From contig JARVGK010000003.1 in assembly GCA_029762535.1 (NCBI GenBank), positions 73,216-137,215 of the forward strand: 64,000 bases of DNA. The letters are read 5' to 3'. The notes under the pieces are model-generated. The model ran no database searches. It was not told where the DNA came from and was given only the letters and a program-made list of their open reading frames with translations. Below are positions 10,361-18,908 of this stretch, in pieces. The first letter of the stretch is position 1. Every line of letters begins with the position of its first letter. The position numbers and the translations under genes were made by a program. This DNA comes from Thermoplasmatota archaeon. GTDB lineage: Archaea; Thermoplasmatota; Penumbrarchaeia; Penumbrarchaeales; Penumbrarchaeaceae.

Positions 10361-11431
10361 GTGTTGATCATGTTGGAGGACCAGCTTTCCACATCCAGGT
10401 TCGAGAGCGTTGGGGTCAATGTCCCCTCCAGGTCACTCACGACCACCGACCTTATGAGGTCCATGAAGCACAGGATCGGGCTAGACCTCGAGAGGCTTAC
10501 GGGCATCCATGCTAGGAGGGTCTGCGCCCCAGGAGAGTCATCATACACATTGGCCCTGAATTCCGCCAGGGACTGCCTCAGCCATTCGAGATACAAGCCG
10601 GATGACCTGGAGGTTATAATAAACTGCTCCATATCCCGTTCAAAGGACCGGAACATGATAGTCTATGAACCATCCATGGCCCATTACATCCGTCAGGCGA
10701 TCGGGGCCAAGAACGCAATGGTGTTCGATATCAACAATGCATGCGCTGGAATGCTAACGGGCGTTCAGATACTAAACGGTTATATCAGGAACGGAATATT
10801 CAAGAACGGCATGGTCGTCAGCGGAGAGCATATAACGCCGATCAGCGACAGCGCGACAAGGACGGTCAGGTCGATAGCGAGCAGACAGCTCGCCTCCCTT
10901 ACCGTTGGAGACGCGGGAGCCGCGGTAATACTCGAAAAAACGGGGGATCGGGGCAACGGGATGTCGGTCACCCAGTTCACCACCCTCTCGAAGTTCAGCA
11001 GGCTCTGCATAGGAAAGCCGCTCACCAACGATATCGGCGGAATGATGGTGGCAAAAGCAAGGAAGATCCACAGGGTGGCCCTGGACCACGCCCCTCAACT
11101 GATCAAGGGGGCCCTCATCAAGGCGGGACTGACCATAGACAGGATAGATCATCTCATCCCGCACCAGACCTCGAAAAGCTCAATAAAGAAAGGCATAAAG
11201 GAGATGGCCGACCATTTCAAAGCGACTCCCAAGAACGTCGTCATCAATCTGATGGAGTATGGGAATACGGCCTCGACGACAGTGTTCCTTGCCCTTCATG
11301 ACATGCTCAAGGGCGGCATCGTGAAGAAAGGCGAGAAGATCATGCTATTGTGCTTCGCATCGGGCCTGGTCGTTGGGGTTATCATCTTTACAATGGACGA
11401 TCTGGTGGATCGATATGGGATCTCGAATTAG
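10361..11431 (+). CDS. FabH/OleA-like condensing enzyme, catalytically intact
   Basis: Cys (DINNACAG), His (IPHQTS), Asn (YGNTAS) triad plus OleA-type Glu (YEPSMA). Confidence 0.85.
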   Translation: MLIMLEDQLSTSRFESVGVNVPSRSLTTTDLMRSMKHRIGLDLERLTGIHARRVCAPGESSYTLALNSARDCLSHSRYKPDDLEVIINCSISRSKDRNMIVYEPSMAHYIRQAIGAKNAMVFDINNACAGMLTGVQILNGYIRNGIFKNGMVVSGEHITPISDSATRTVRSIASRQLASLTVGDAGAAVILEKTGDRGNGMSVTQFTTLSKFSRLCIGKPLTNDIGGMMVAKARKIHRVALDHAPQLIKGALIKAGLTIDRIDHLIPHQTSKSSIKKGIKEMADHFKATPKNVVINLMEYGNTASTTVFLALHDMLKGGIVKKGEKIMLLCFASGLVVGVIIFTMDDLVDRYGISN

Positions 11432-12311
11432 GTCAGCCGCATTCGTTGGGAAGAGCCTCAACCCTTTCTCCAGAGGCGCCATATCACTGGGTGTCAAGGC
11501 TGCGAGGAAATGCATCCATAACTCGGGTATAGACCCGTCAGACATAGGACTGCTCATCTTCTGCGGAATATACCGGGACGAGAACATCGGGGAGCCGGCC
11601 ATCGCCTCGCTCATACAGTCCAATCTTGATATCAACCTCCTGAGCGAGGGTGAGAAGGGGACGTTCGCGTTCGACATACTGAACAGCGGTTGTGGGATGG
11701 TGACCGCGCTCCATGTGGCCGACAGCCACCTCCGATCGGGTGGAGGTGAATATGCGATGATAGTGGCCTCCGATCACATACCCATCCCGAGCCATACCGA
11801 GGGTTACCCTTTCCAACCCGGGGGAGGCGCACTTCTGCTCGAACGCTCCGACGAGGACAGGGGCCTTACCGATTTCAGGTTCGATACATATCCGACCGAC
11901 AAGGAGGCCTTCCACTCGTTCATCGAATACAGGGACGGAAAGGAGAAGGGTAAAAAGAAGGGGCAGTTCCTCAGGTTCGAGGAGGACCCACATTTCCTGG
12001 AAAAGGGCGTATCGGGTGCGCTTATGACGGTTAATAAACTCCTTGAGAGGAATTCACTGAGCATCGATGACGTACGGTCGATCCTGCCATCCCAGAGCCC
12101 GACAGGCTTCCCCATTGCCCTTGGAAAAGGGTTGGGCCAAGAGAAGAGGACCATTGACCTTACAAGCATCCATGGGAACCTCCACACGGCGGGATTGGCG
12201 GCCTGTCTCGAGAGCGCCATGGAGAGCGATAAGCTTCCTGCGAACTCGAACCTCCTTCTCGTAAATGTTGGATCGGGAATATCGGTGGGCGCGGCCCTTC
12301 TCCGAACATGA
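11415..12311 (+). CDS. FabH/OleA-like paralog with degenerate active site
   Basis: Same fold motifs (GEPAIA, FDILNSGCG, GGGALLL, HGNLHT, VGSGISVG), but Gly at the Cys position and Ser at the His position; overlaps the upstream gene's end. Confidence 0.78.
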   Translation: MGSRIRSAAFVGKSLNPFSRGAISLGVKAARKCIHNSGIDPSDIGLLIFCGIYRDENIGEPAIASLIQSNLDINLLSEGEKGTFAFDILNSGCGMVTALHVADSHLRSGGGEYAMIVASDHIPIPSHTEGYPFQPGGGALLLERSDEDRGLTDFRFDTYPTDKEAFHSFIEYRDGKEKGKKKGQFLRFEEDPHFLEKGVSGALMTVNKLLERNSLSIDDVRSILPSQSPTGFPIALGKGLGQEKRTIDLTSIHGNLHTAGLAACLESAMESDKLPANSNLLLVNVGSGISVGAALLRT

Positions 12312-12342
12312 ACCATAGACCGGCCGGGACCTGTTATATCCG

Positions 12343-13338
12343 TCAGATCGGATGCCCCTTCAGATATTCTCCATACCTCTTCATACCCTCCGCCGTGGAA
12401 ATCCTAGGTCCGTAGCCAAGGTCCCTTTTGGCCGAGGAGATATCGAACCAGTGTGAACTGGTCATCTCCTCCACAAGGAACCTGGTGACAATGGGCTCTC
12501 CTCTCCTTCGAAGGAGGAAGTGGGTCAATTCCATGATCCCCGCTAAAGCCATGGCCGTCCATTTGGGAATGGACCCCCTGATAGGAGGGGCCCCTGCAAG
12601 GGCCAGGAAGTCATCGATGGCATCCCAGGCATTCACTGGCTCACCGTTGGTGATGAAATATGCTCTGCCCCTGCATCGTGGGTTCTCCTTGAGCGCTTTG
12701 AGGGCCAGGATATGGGCCTCGGCGGCGTTTTCAATATAAACCATGTCCACAACGTTCTTTCCGCCCCCTAACCTCTTCAACCTTCCGGCCCTTGCCCCCT
12801 GGACGAGCCGAGGGAGCAATCGGTCGTCCCCCGGACCCCAGATGAGATGCGGACGCAGTGCAATGGTCCGAATATCATCGCCGTTCGCTGAGAGGACCAT
12901 ACGCTCGGACGCCGCCTTGGTCCGGTTGTAATGCGACCCATGCACTGCGGGATACGGTGCGCTCTCATCGGCGCCCTCCATGTCCTTCCCATCAAAGACA
13001 ACGGAAGGGGAGCTTGTGAAGACGAGGTAACCCACTCCGTTACTCCTGCATGCTTCGATCACGTTCCGGGTCCCCTCAACGTTCGTCCTGTGGAATTCGT
13101 GATAAGGCCCCCAGAAACCCACCCTGGCAGCAGTATGTATGACCGCATCCATGCCCCCGACGGCATCCACCACCGTTCGCTGGTCCCCTATGTCCCCTGA
13201 TATCGTCATGATGCCGCTCTTCCCAAGTTCAGGATAGCTGCCTCTGGAGAAGCTCGTGACATCATGGCCCTGATCCCGGAGCATGTGACATATGGCTCCT
13301 CCCAGGAACCCGCCTCCGCCGGTGACGAGGACCCTCAT
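12343..13338 (-). CDS. oleD: OleD-like 2-alkyl-3-oxoalkanoate reductase (3-beta-HSD-type extended SDR)
   Basis: VLVTGGGGFLG, TSSPSVVF, YNRTK, LRPHLIWGPGD; start overlaps the oleC stop (TGATG). Confidence 0.85.
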   Translation of the reverse strand: MRVLVTGGGGFLGGAICHMLRDQGHDVTSFSRGSYPELGKSGIMTISGDIGDQRTVVDAVGGMDAVIHTAARVGFWGPYHEFHRTNVEGTRNVIEACRSNGVGYLVFTSSPSVVFDGKDMEGADESAPYPAVHGSHYNRTKAASERMVLSANGDDIRTIALRPHLIWGPGDDRLLPRLVQGARAGRLKRLGGGKNVVDMVYIENAAEAHILALKALKENPRCRGRAYFITNGEPVNAWDAIDDFLALAGAPPIRGSIPKWTAMALAGIMELTHFLLRRRGEPIVTRFLVEEMTSSHWFDISSAKRDLGYGPRISTAEGMKRYGEYLKGHPI

Positions 13339-14960
13339 CAGAATTGCCTCCCGGCCCATTCCGCAAGCTCTTCCCTGAGTATCTTGGCATTGTGGCGAAC
13401 GTCCATCGGGAATCCGTCATGGATCAGGATATCTCTAATATCCTCGGTCAGAATATTGGCCTTTCCCAAAGCCAGGAGCTCCTTTTTGATCCTGTCCGGA
13501 TCGCCGATATTTTGGTCCTTCTTAAGCTCGACAACGATCACAGGCCTCTGGTTTCCTATTTGACCCACACCGACTAGTGCCGACCTGAAGACCAAGGGGT
13601 GTTTGTTGAAGATCGCCTCACATCTGACGGGATATAGCGTTCCTTTCTTTGTCACGACCCTGTGCGCCTTCCTCCCGCAGAACCAGAGCATTCCGTCCTC
13701 CAGATAGCCCGTGTCCCCCATTCTGTGCCATATGGTCTTGCCATCCAGTATCTTGGCGTTTTTGGTATGCTCAGGCTTCCTGAAGTATTCCTTGGTCACC
13801 GAGGGCCCCCTCACGCATATCTCACCGACTTCCCCATCCGGTAGGACCTCAGCGGACCCCCAATCCGCGACAGGTCCGTCCGTGATCCGAATGATCCGAA
13901 CCTCGTTGCCAGGTAGCGGCCTACCCACGCATGTTCCTGCTCCGGTCTCGGTCCTGCGGAGGGAGTGCTCCAGTATCACATCGCTGGAGATATCAGTTAC
14001 TGGCAGTGCCTCGGTCGCCCCGTAAGGAGTATGGATAAGAGCATTTTTTGGCAGTATTCGGTGAAGATCGACCATGAGGTCGGGACGTATTGGAGCTCCC
14101 GCGGTCACGATCCTTCTCACCGATCCCAGGGTCAACTTCCTCTCTATCCCGTAACGGGCCAGGTTCGTCAAGAGCGCCGGGGAACCATAGACATTGGTGC
14201 ATTTCTGGTCCTCAATGGCCCTGACTATGTTCTTAGGATCGGCCTTTCCGGGCTTGGTAGCATCCATGTAAGGGATGACCGAGGTCAGCCCCAGGTTGGC
14301 GTCGAATAGGGCGAAGAGCGGGAACGTCGCCAGGTCAACATCTCTCTTTTCGTATCCGAAATGGTCCTTTAGGAATCCGATCTGATGGTCGAACATGGAA
14401 TGTTCGTAGACCACTCCCTTCGGGGGGCCTGTGGAACCGCTGGTGAAGAAAATACCGACGGTATCCTCAGGCCTTCTCTTGACCGAAGGGAAAGGAGCGG
14501 GATCGGAGGATCGAACCTCTTTAAGCCTCTTACCGCCCCATGCACCTGTGGTTATCTTCAGTTCGACGGTCCTGAAAGCGGACGGTGAGAGTATCCTGAG
14601 TACATGGGCAAGGGGCGTCCCGATGAACGCCTTGGCCTCGACCTCCCCGAGGGAGGAGACGAGCCTCTTCTTGCCCATACCAGGGTCTATCATAACAAGG
14701 ACAGCCCCCATTTTTAAAAGGGCGGAAGTGAGGGAAAAGAACTCTATCGAGGGTTTGACCATCAGGATGGCCTTGTCGTCCTTCTTGAGCCCCGCATCGA
14801 TCAACCCCCTGGCGTATCTGTTCGATTCCTCCTCTAGCCTGCGGTAGGTCATGCTCCTATATCGAGGAGACGGATCGACCTGGACCACCACAGCCGCCTT
14901 ATCAGGTTGTGTCCTTGCTAACTCCGTCAACCTCTCCGAGAGGTTCGTCGTCGAATCCAT
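13338..14960 (-). CDS. oleC: OleC-like beta-lactone synthetase (ANL adenylating enzyme)
   Basis: FTSGSTGPPKGVVY, TPYGATEALP, WHRMGDTGY..WFCGRKAHRV and OleC-type FPMDVRHNAKI. Confidence 0.88.
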   Translation of the reverse strand: MDSTTNLSERLTELARTQPDKAAVVVQVDPSPRYRSMTYRRLEEESNRYARGLIDAGLKKDDKAILMVKPSIEFFSLTSALLKMGAVLVMIDPGMGKKRLVSSLGEVEAKAFIGTPLAHVLRILSPSAFRTVELKITTGAWGGKRLKEVRSSDPAPFPSVKRRPEDTVGIFFTSGSTGPPKGVVYEHSMFDHQIGFLKDHFGYEKRDVDLATFPLFALFDANLGLTSVIPYMDATKPGKADPKNIVRAIEDQKCTNVYGSPALLTNLARYGIERKLTLGSVRRIVTAGAPIRPDLMVDLHRILPKNALIHTPYGATEALPVTDISSDVILEHSLRRTETGAGTCVGRPLPGNEVRIIRITDGPVADWGSAEVLPDGEVGEICVRGPSVTKEYFRKPEHTKNAKILDGKTIWHRMGDTGYLEDGMLWFCGRKAHRVVTKKGTLYPVRCEAIFNKHPLVFRSALVGVGQIGNQRPVIVVELKKDQNIGDPDRIKKELLALGKANILTEDIRDILIHDGFPMDVRHNAKILREELAEWAGRQF

Positions 14961-14964
14961 CAGC

Positions 14965-15867
14965 CTACCCCCTGCGCAGGGCTTTCCCCACCTCTTTCAG
15001 GATGCGGTCCCTGGCATCCTCTATGACATAATGTCCAGCATCCTGATATGTCACGAATCGGGCCTTCGGGAATCGAGCCCTCCAGACGTCTAATATATCC
15101 ATATCGAATATGAAATCCTTTTCACCCCAAATAACGAGCATCGGCTTCCCCTTTAGCTTTGACAGGTTCTCGTCGATCCACTTGAGCGTGCCGTAGCTTG
15201 GGTCCTTTGGTACGAGGGGTATGTCCTGAACGAACCTGAGCGTGGATAGGCGGTTCCTCCACGAGTTGTACGGGGCGACGTAACCCTTCCTTACATGGGG
15301 GTCCATCCTCTTTTCAACGCCGATATGGGACGCTATTCTGGAAAAAGCGTTGAGACCCCTGATGAGAAGGGTCGGTGAGATCAGGCCGTACTTCACGTAA
15401 TAGAGAGACAGGGGCAATCTCTTGCCCTCCGGCATCCTGAAGGCCGCGGTGTTCATGAACACGAACCTCGAGAACCGCTCCGGATGTCCGACCGCGACCC
15501 CTGCTCCGATCACACCCCCCCAATCATGGGCTATCAGAGTGATATCCTCATCGATGCCCAGGTGATCGAGGAGCGCTTCCACATCCTGGATCCTGGATGC
15601 GATCCTGTATTGGTATTTGTCCTCTCCTGGTCGGTCCGACAGCCCCATTCCCATATGATCGGGCACGATGCATCGGTGGTCCGCCCTGAGGTCCTTGACC
15701 AGCTCCCGGAAATAAAAAGACCAGGTCGGGTTGCCGTGAAGAAAAAGAACGGGAGGTCCCCTGCCCTCGTCGAGATAATGATGCCTCAGACCGTTCCTCT
15801 CGAACCAGTGATGTTCGAACGGGTAAATGTCCCTGAAAGGGGTAATATCGAAAGGTGTTCCATGCAT
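14965..15867 (-). CDS. oleB: OleB-like alpha/beta hydrolase (haloalkane dehalogenase fold; beta-lactone decarboxylase)
   Basis: LHGNPTWSFYFR, AHDWGG nucleophile, DAGHY catalytic His; directly upstream of oleC. Confidence 0.85.
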   Translation of the reverse strand: MHGTPFDITPFRDIYPFEHHWFERNGLRHHYLDEGRGPPVLFLHGNPTWSFYFRELVKDLRADHRCIVPDHMGMGLSDRPGEDKYQYRIASRIQDVEALLDHLGIDEDITLIAHDWGGVIGAGVAVGHPERFSRFVFMNTAAFRMPEGKRLPLSLYYVKYGLISPTLLIRGLNAFSRIASHIGVEKRMDPHVRKGYVAPYNSWRNRLSTLRFVQDIPLVPKDPSYGTLKWIDENLSKLKGKPMLVIWGEKDFIFDMDILDVWRARFPKARFVTYQDAGHYVIEDARDRILKEVGKALRRG

Positions 15868-16033
15868 TGTATCCGGGGACCAAGGTCCATATCCTAAATT
15901 AAGATTGCTTCGGGGATGATCCGCTTAGATCGATCTATTATCATCCATCATCATTCATGAACCCCGGGATGTTTAATTATGGTCGAGTGGGGTTCGAATC
16001 CCGTGCGTCGCTAGAGCTACAACAAATTAGATA

Positions 16034-16120
16034 TGGTGCAGGGGAAGGGATTCGAACCCTCGAACCACTAAGGACCAGACCCTGAATCTGGCGCCGTTGG
16101 CCAGGCTTGGCTACCCCTGC
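16034..16120 (-). tRNA. tRNA-Leu (anticodon CAG), CCA encoded
   Basis: GCAGGGG/CCCCTGC acceptor stem, CCAGA-TTCAGGG-TCTGG anticodon arm, long variable arm, GGTTCGAATCC T-arm, ACCA end. Confidence 0.96.
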
Positions 16121-16442
16121 ATGTTTTTGCGTTTGTGCCTGGGTAGCGTATGGCCAACGGCGCCCCGAGACGCAGTCTCGGTGATGGCGCCTCGGATGGG
16201 TGGCATGTGCCACCCGTCCCCTTCCGCGAACGCTTTGGTGGTGAGACCAAAGGGTTCTTGGGCAGGCTTGGCTACCCCTGCATGTTTTTGCGTTTGTGCC
16301 TGGGTAGCGTATGGCCAACGGCGCCCCGAGACGCAGTCTCGGTGATGGCGCCTCGGATGGGTGGCATGTGCCACCCGTCCCCTTCCGCGAACGCTTTGGT
16401 GGTGAGACCAAAGGGTTCTTGGCCAGGCTTGGCTACCCCTGC
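16097..16442. repeat. tandem 161-bp repeat: three copies of the 24-bp tRNA-Leu 5' end separated by two identical 137-bp structured units
   Basis: TTGGCCAGGCTTGGCTACCCCTGC at 16097, 16258 (1 mismatch) and 16419; 16121-16257 is identical to 16282-16418. Confidence 0.95.
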
Positions 16443-16517
16443 GATATCTGGGCATCGTTGATACGATGTCGCCTTTAACGACCGTTCGATAATAAAGATA
16501 TCGATGAGAAGGTCTCA

Positions 16518-18782
16518 TCAGGTGATGACGAGATCCTGGGACGATGAAACGAACAGTGTATCTCGAACTTTGTCGAACCTCGTGAAAATCTCAGGACCCA
16601 TGTTCTCGATCTGCTCCTGAGTGAATCCAACTATGGTGAGATCCGCTTTTTTCGAGATCCTGTTGATCTTATCCCTCATCTCCTCATCGCTCTCATATAC
16701 CTTGGACTTTACCGATCTCATCGAGATCGGCAGCCTCCCCTCGGATACCAAAGCCTTCACCCTCTTGGCAAGGGCTGCGCGATCCCCTTTGGGAAATAGA
16801 GTGAATATCGAGATCTTCGTCCCTTTCCATTCATCATGCTCCATAATAATATAGGACAGAAGTATCATGAGATTGACGTTCCTGAAATCCTCCTTGGTTA
16901 TCCATAGATGTATATTCTGTCTATGTCCGAAGTTATGCTCCGTGGATCTCAACACGAGCTTGTTGTAGTTCACTATGGATGCCATCCTCAATCCCGTTAT
17001 GATGTCGGTGAGGTCATCTTGTCTATTCTTGTGGAACTCGAACATTATGGTGTTATTGTCCATCCCTGAGATACCGGAGATCTGCACGGTCTGGGCAACT
17101 GCCGTAAGCGTAGAAGGAGAAACCAAGGTGGTTACCGAATAGTTCGCCTTTGAGCTTCTCATCTCCTCTATTAGTATTCTCTCGTCCTTTTTCGAGGATT
17201 TGACGGTCTCCGGGTCCAATTTTCCCCTCGTCATATGTACCAGGGTCCCGAAACCGTAATGATGCGAGATCCACCTAAGCATGTCCTTGGGTCCCTTCCG
17301 CTCGATGGCATTGGTGGAAATGGCGATTATCGAGGGCCTCCAGTTGAACTTGTCGGGTTTTGACATGGTCCTCTGGAGGGTGATCTTCATCAACCTGCTG
17401 AGCTGGAACATCACACCCTGGAATATTATGGCGAACGACCGCGACCTTTTATGCCTCATACCTAATAGATAATAGATCCCTCCCATTATCAGAAGGGTAA
17501 GGAACGCGTAACCCGCGCTCAACTGGAACATGATACCGAATGAGAATACGGCTCCAACAAGGGAGATATACCACTTGGTCTTGAATGTTGGACGATAGGA
17601 GGGATTACCCGCAAAATGTTCGAGGAATGAAATGAGACAGACCGAGCCGTATGCGATCAGGAAGAACATGGTGATGATCTGGGCCACCATGTTGAGGTTG
17701 CCCATGAAGATGAACACGATCGCGATGATCGCAGATAAAAGTGTTCCGTTGATAGGTTCGTTCTCCTTTCCCTTGCCATATCTTATGAAATCCCCTATTC
17801 TCTTGGAGTAGAACACCTTGTCCTTGCCCAGGGCCTGGAGCGTCCTTGGTCCGATCAGAGCGAACCCAACTGCTGATGATATCGTGGCACCGAAAAGGCC
17901 TGCGAGTATAACGTATCCCAGATGCAGGTTCCCGATCCCGTTGGCCATATCGAACATTATCAATGTGTTCGATGCGAGGACATCAACCGGGGCGCTCAGA
18001 TAGAGCTTGACCATCATTGCCAGATAGACGAAGAACCCGATCACTATGGCGAAAATGATACCCTTTGGGATCGATTTCCCCGGGTCCTTGAGGTCTCCCG
18101 AAAGACCTACTCCTGCCGTCATGCCTGTGAACGCCGGGAATGCAATTGCGAAGACGGGTAGGAACCCCAAAGAGTTCTGTGATGTAGCGGTTATCCCGGA
18201 CGGGGCGCCGGGTAGGGGTGGGCTTATCATAAAGATGATTATTGAAGCGACCATCAGTGTGAATACCACCCAAAGGAGTTTGATACCGATCTTGGCTCCC
18301 TTGGTGAGAATGATGCTGAATAGTATGAGTGCCAAGGGAATGCTGATGAGCCGGGGATCGTAAGTTATTGAGATCGGCAGAGGATCGAGCAGATATCTCT
18401 GGATCGGTTCTTTCAACGCCTCGAACCCTTCGGCAAAACCGATGATGTAGAAAGCCACGGATATGGACTGGGCCGCATACAGCATGACGCCGATCGTAGC
18501 GCCAATCCTCGGTCCAAAGGATCGGCTGATGATGTAATACTCGCCACCGCCGCCAACCCTTAGGTTCGTGGCGATCTCGGATATGGCTACCCCGGTGGGA
18601 AATGTTACCATGTGCCCTAATAGAACTATCGCGATGGCCCCTATGAATCCGACGTTGCCGACCGTGAAACCAAAACGCAGGAACATGACGGCGCCTAGTA
18701 TGGCGCAGATCGAGGTGAGGAAGACGGGGGCGGTACCGAAACCGTATCCGCCCTTGATAATGTTCCTTATCCTTCTGACCAT
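16518..18782 (-). CDS. cation-chloride cotransporter-like (SLC12/APC) permease
   Basis: ILGAVMFLRFG, GGGEYYIISRSFG, FPAFTGMTAG, NPSYRPTF, NWRPSI motifs; TM domain plus cytosolic C-terminal domain. Confidence 0.88.
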   Translation of the reverse strand: MVRRIRNIIKGGYGFGTAPVFLTSICAILGAVMFLRFGFTVGNVGFIGAIAIVLLGHMVTFPTGVAISEIATNLRVGGGGEYYIISRSFGPRIGATIGVMLYAAQSISVAFYIIGFAEGFEALKEPIQRYLLDPLPISITYDPRLISIPLALILFSIILTKGAKIGIKLLWVVFTLMVASIIIFMISPPLPGAPSGITATSQNSLGFLPVFAIAFPAFTGMTAGVGLSGDLKDPGKSIPKGIIFAIVIGFFVYLAMMVKLYLSAPVDVLASNTLIMFDMANGIGNLHLGYVILAGLFGATISSAVGFALIGPRTLQALGKDKVFYSKRIGDFIRYGKGKENEPINGTLLSAIIAIVFIFMGNLNMVAQIITMFFLIAYGSVCLISFLEHFAGNPSYRPTFKTKWYISLVGAVFSFGIMFQLSAGYAFLTLLIMGGIYYLLGMRHKRSRSFAIIFQGVMFQLSRLMKITLQRTMSKPDKFNWRPSIIAISTNAIERKGPKDMLRWISHHYGFGTLVHMTRGKLDPETVKSSKKDERILIEEMRSSKANYSVTTLVSPSTLTAVAQTVQISGISGMDNNTIMFEFHKNRQDDLTDIITGLRMASIVNYNKLVLRSTEHNFGHRQNIHLWITKEDFRNVNLMILLSYIIMEHDEWKGTKISIFTLFPKGDRAALAKRVKALVSEGRLPISMRSVKSKVYESDEEMRDKINRISKKADLTIVGFTQEQIENMGPEIFTRFDKVRDTLFVSSSQDLVIT

Positions 18783-18908
18783 TTCCCTACCCCCTTGGAT
18801 GACACTGGTCCGTCATCTGTGCCTCTGGTGCGTCCCAGTGTCAATTCTGGCATTGATATTTATACGTTATGTCATCCTTCCATAACTCTCGATCATTCGT
18901 TATGGATC

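Noticed and set aside
16121-16418. Repeat unit as a real tRNA (GCA anticodon), BHB intron or hammerhead ribozyme
   Set aside because: No U33 or proper T-arm, no clear bulge-helix-bulge at the junctions, and no CUGAnGA/GAAA core seen by eye. A covariance search is still needed.
16097-16442. CRISPR array (three 24-bp repeats)
   Set aside because: The spacers are 137 bp and identical, the repeat is the tRNA 5' end, and no cas genes are present.
15977-16518. ORFs overlapping the tRNA and repeats (60-144 aa, both strands)
   Set aside because: They overlap a tRNA, the 161-bp period is not a multiple of 3, and they show no protein-like features.
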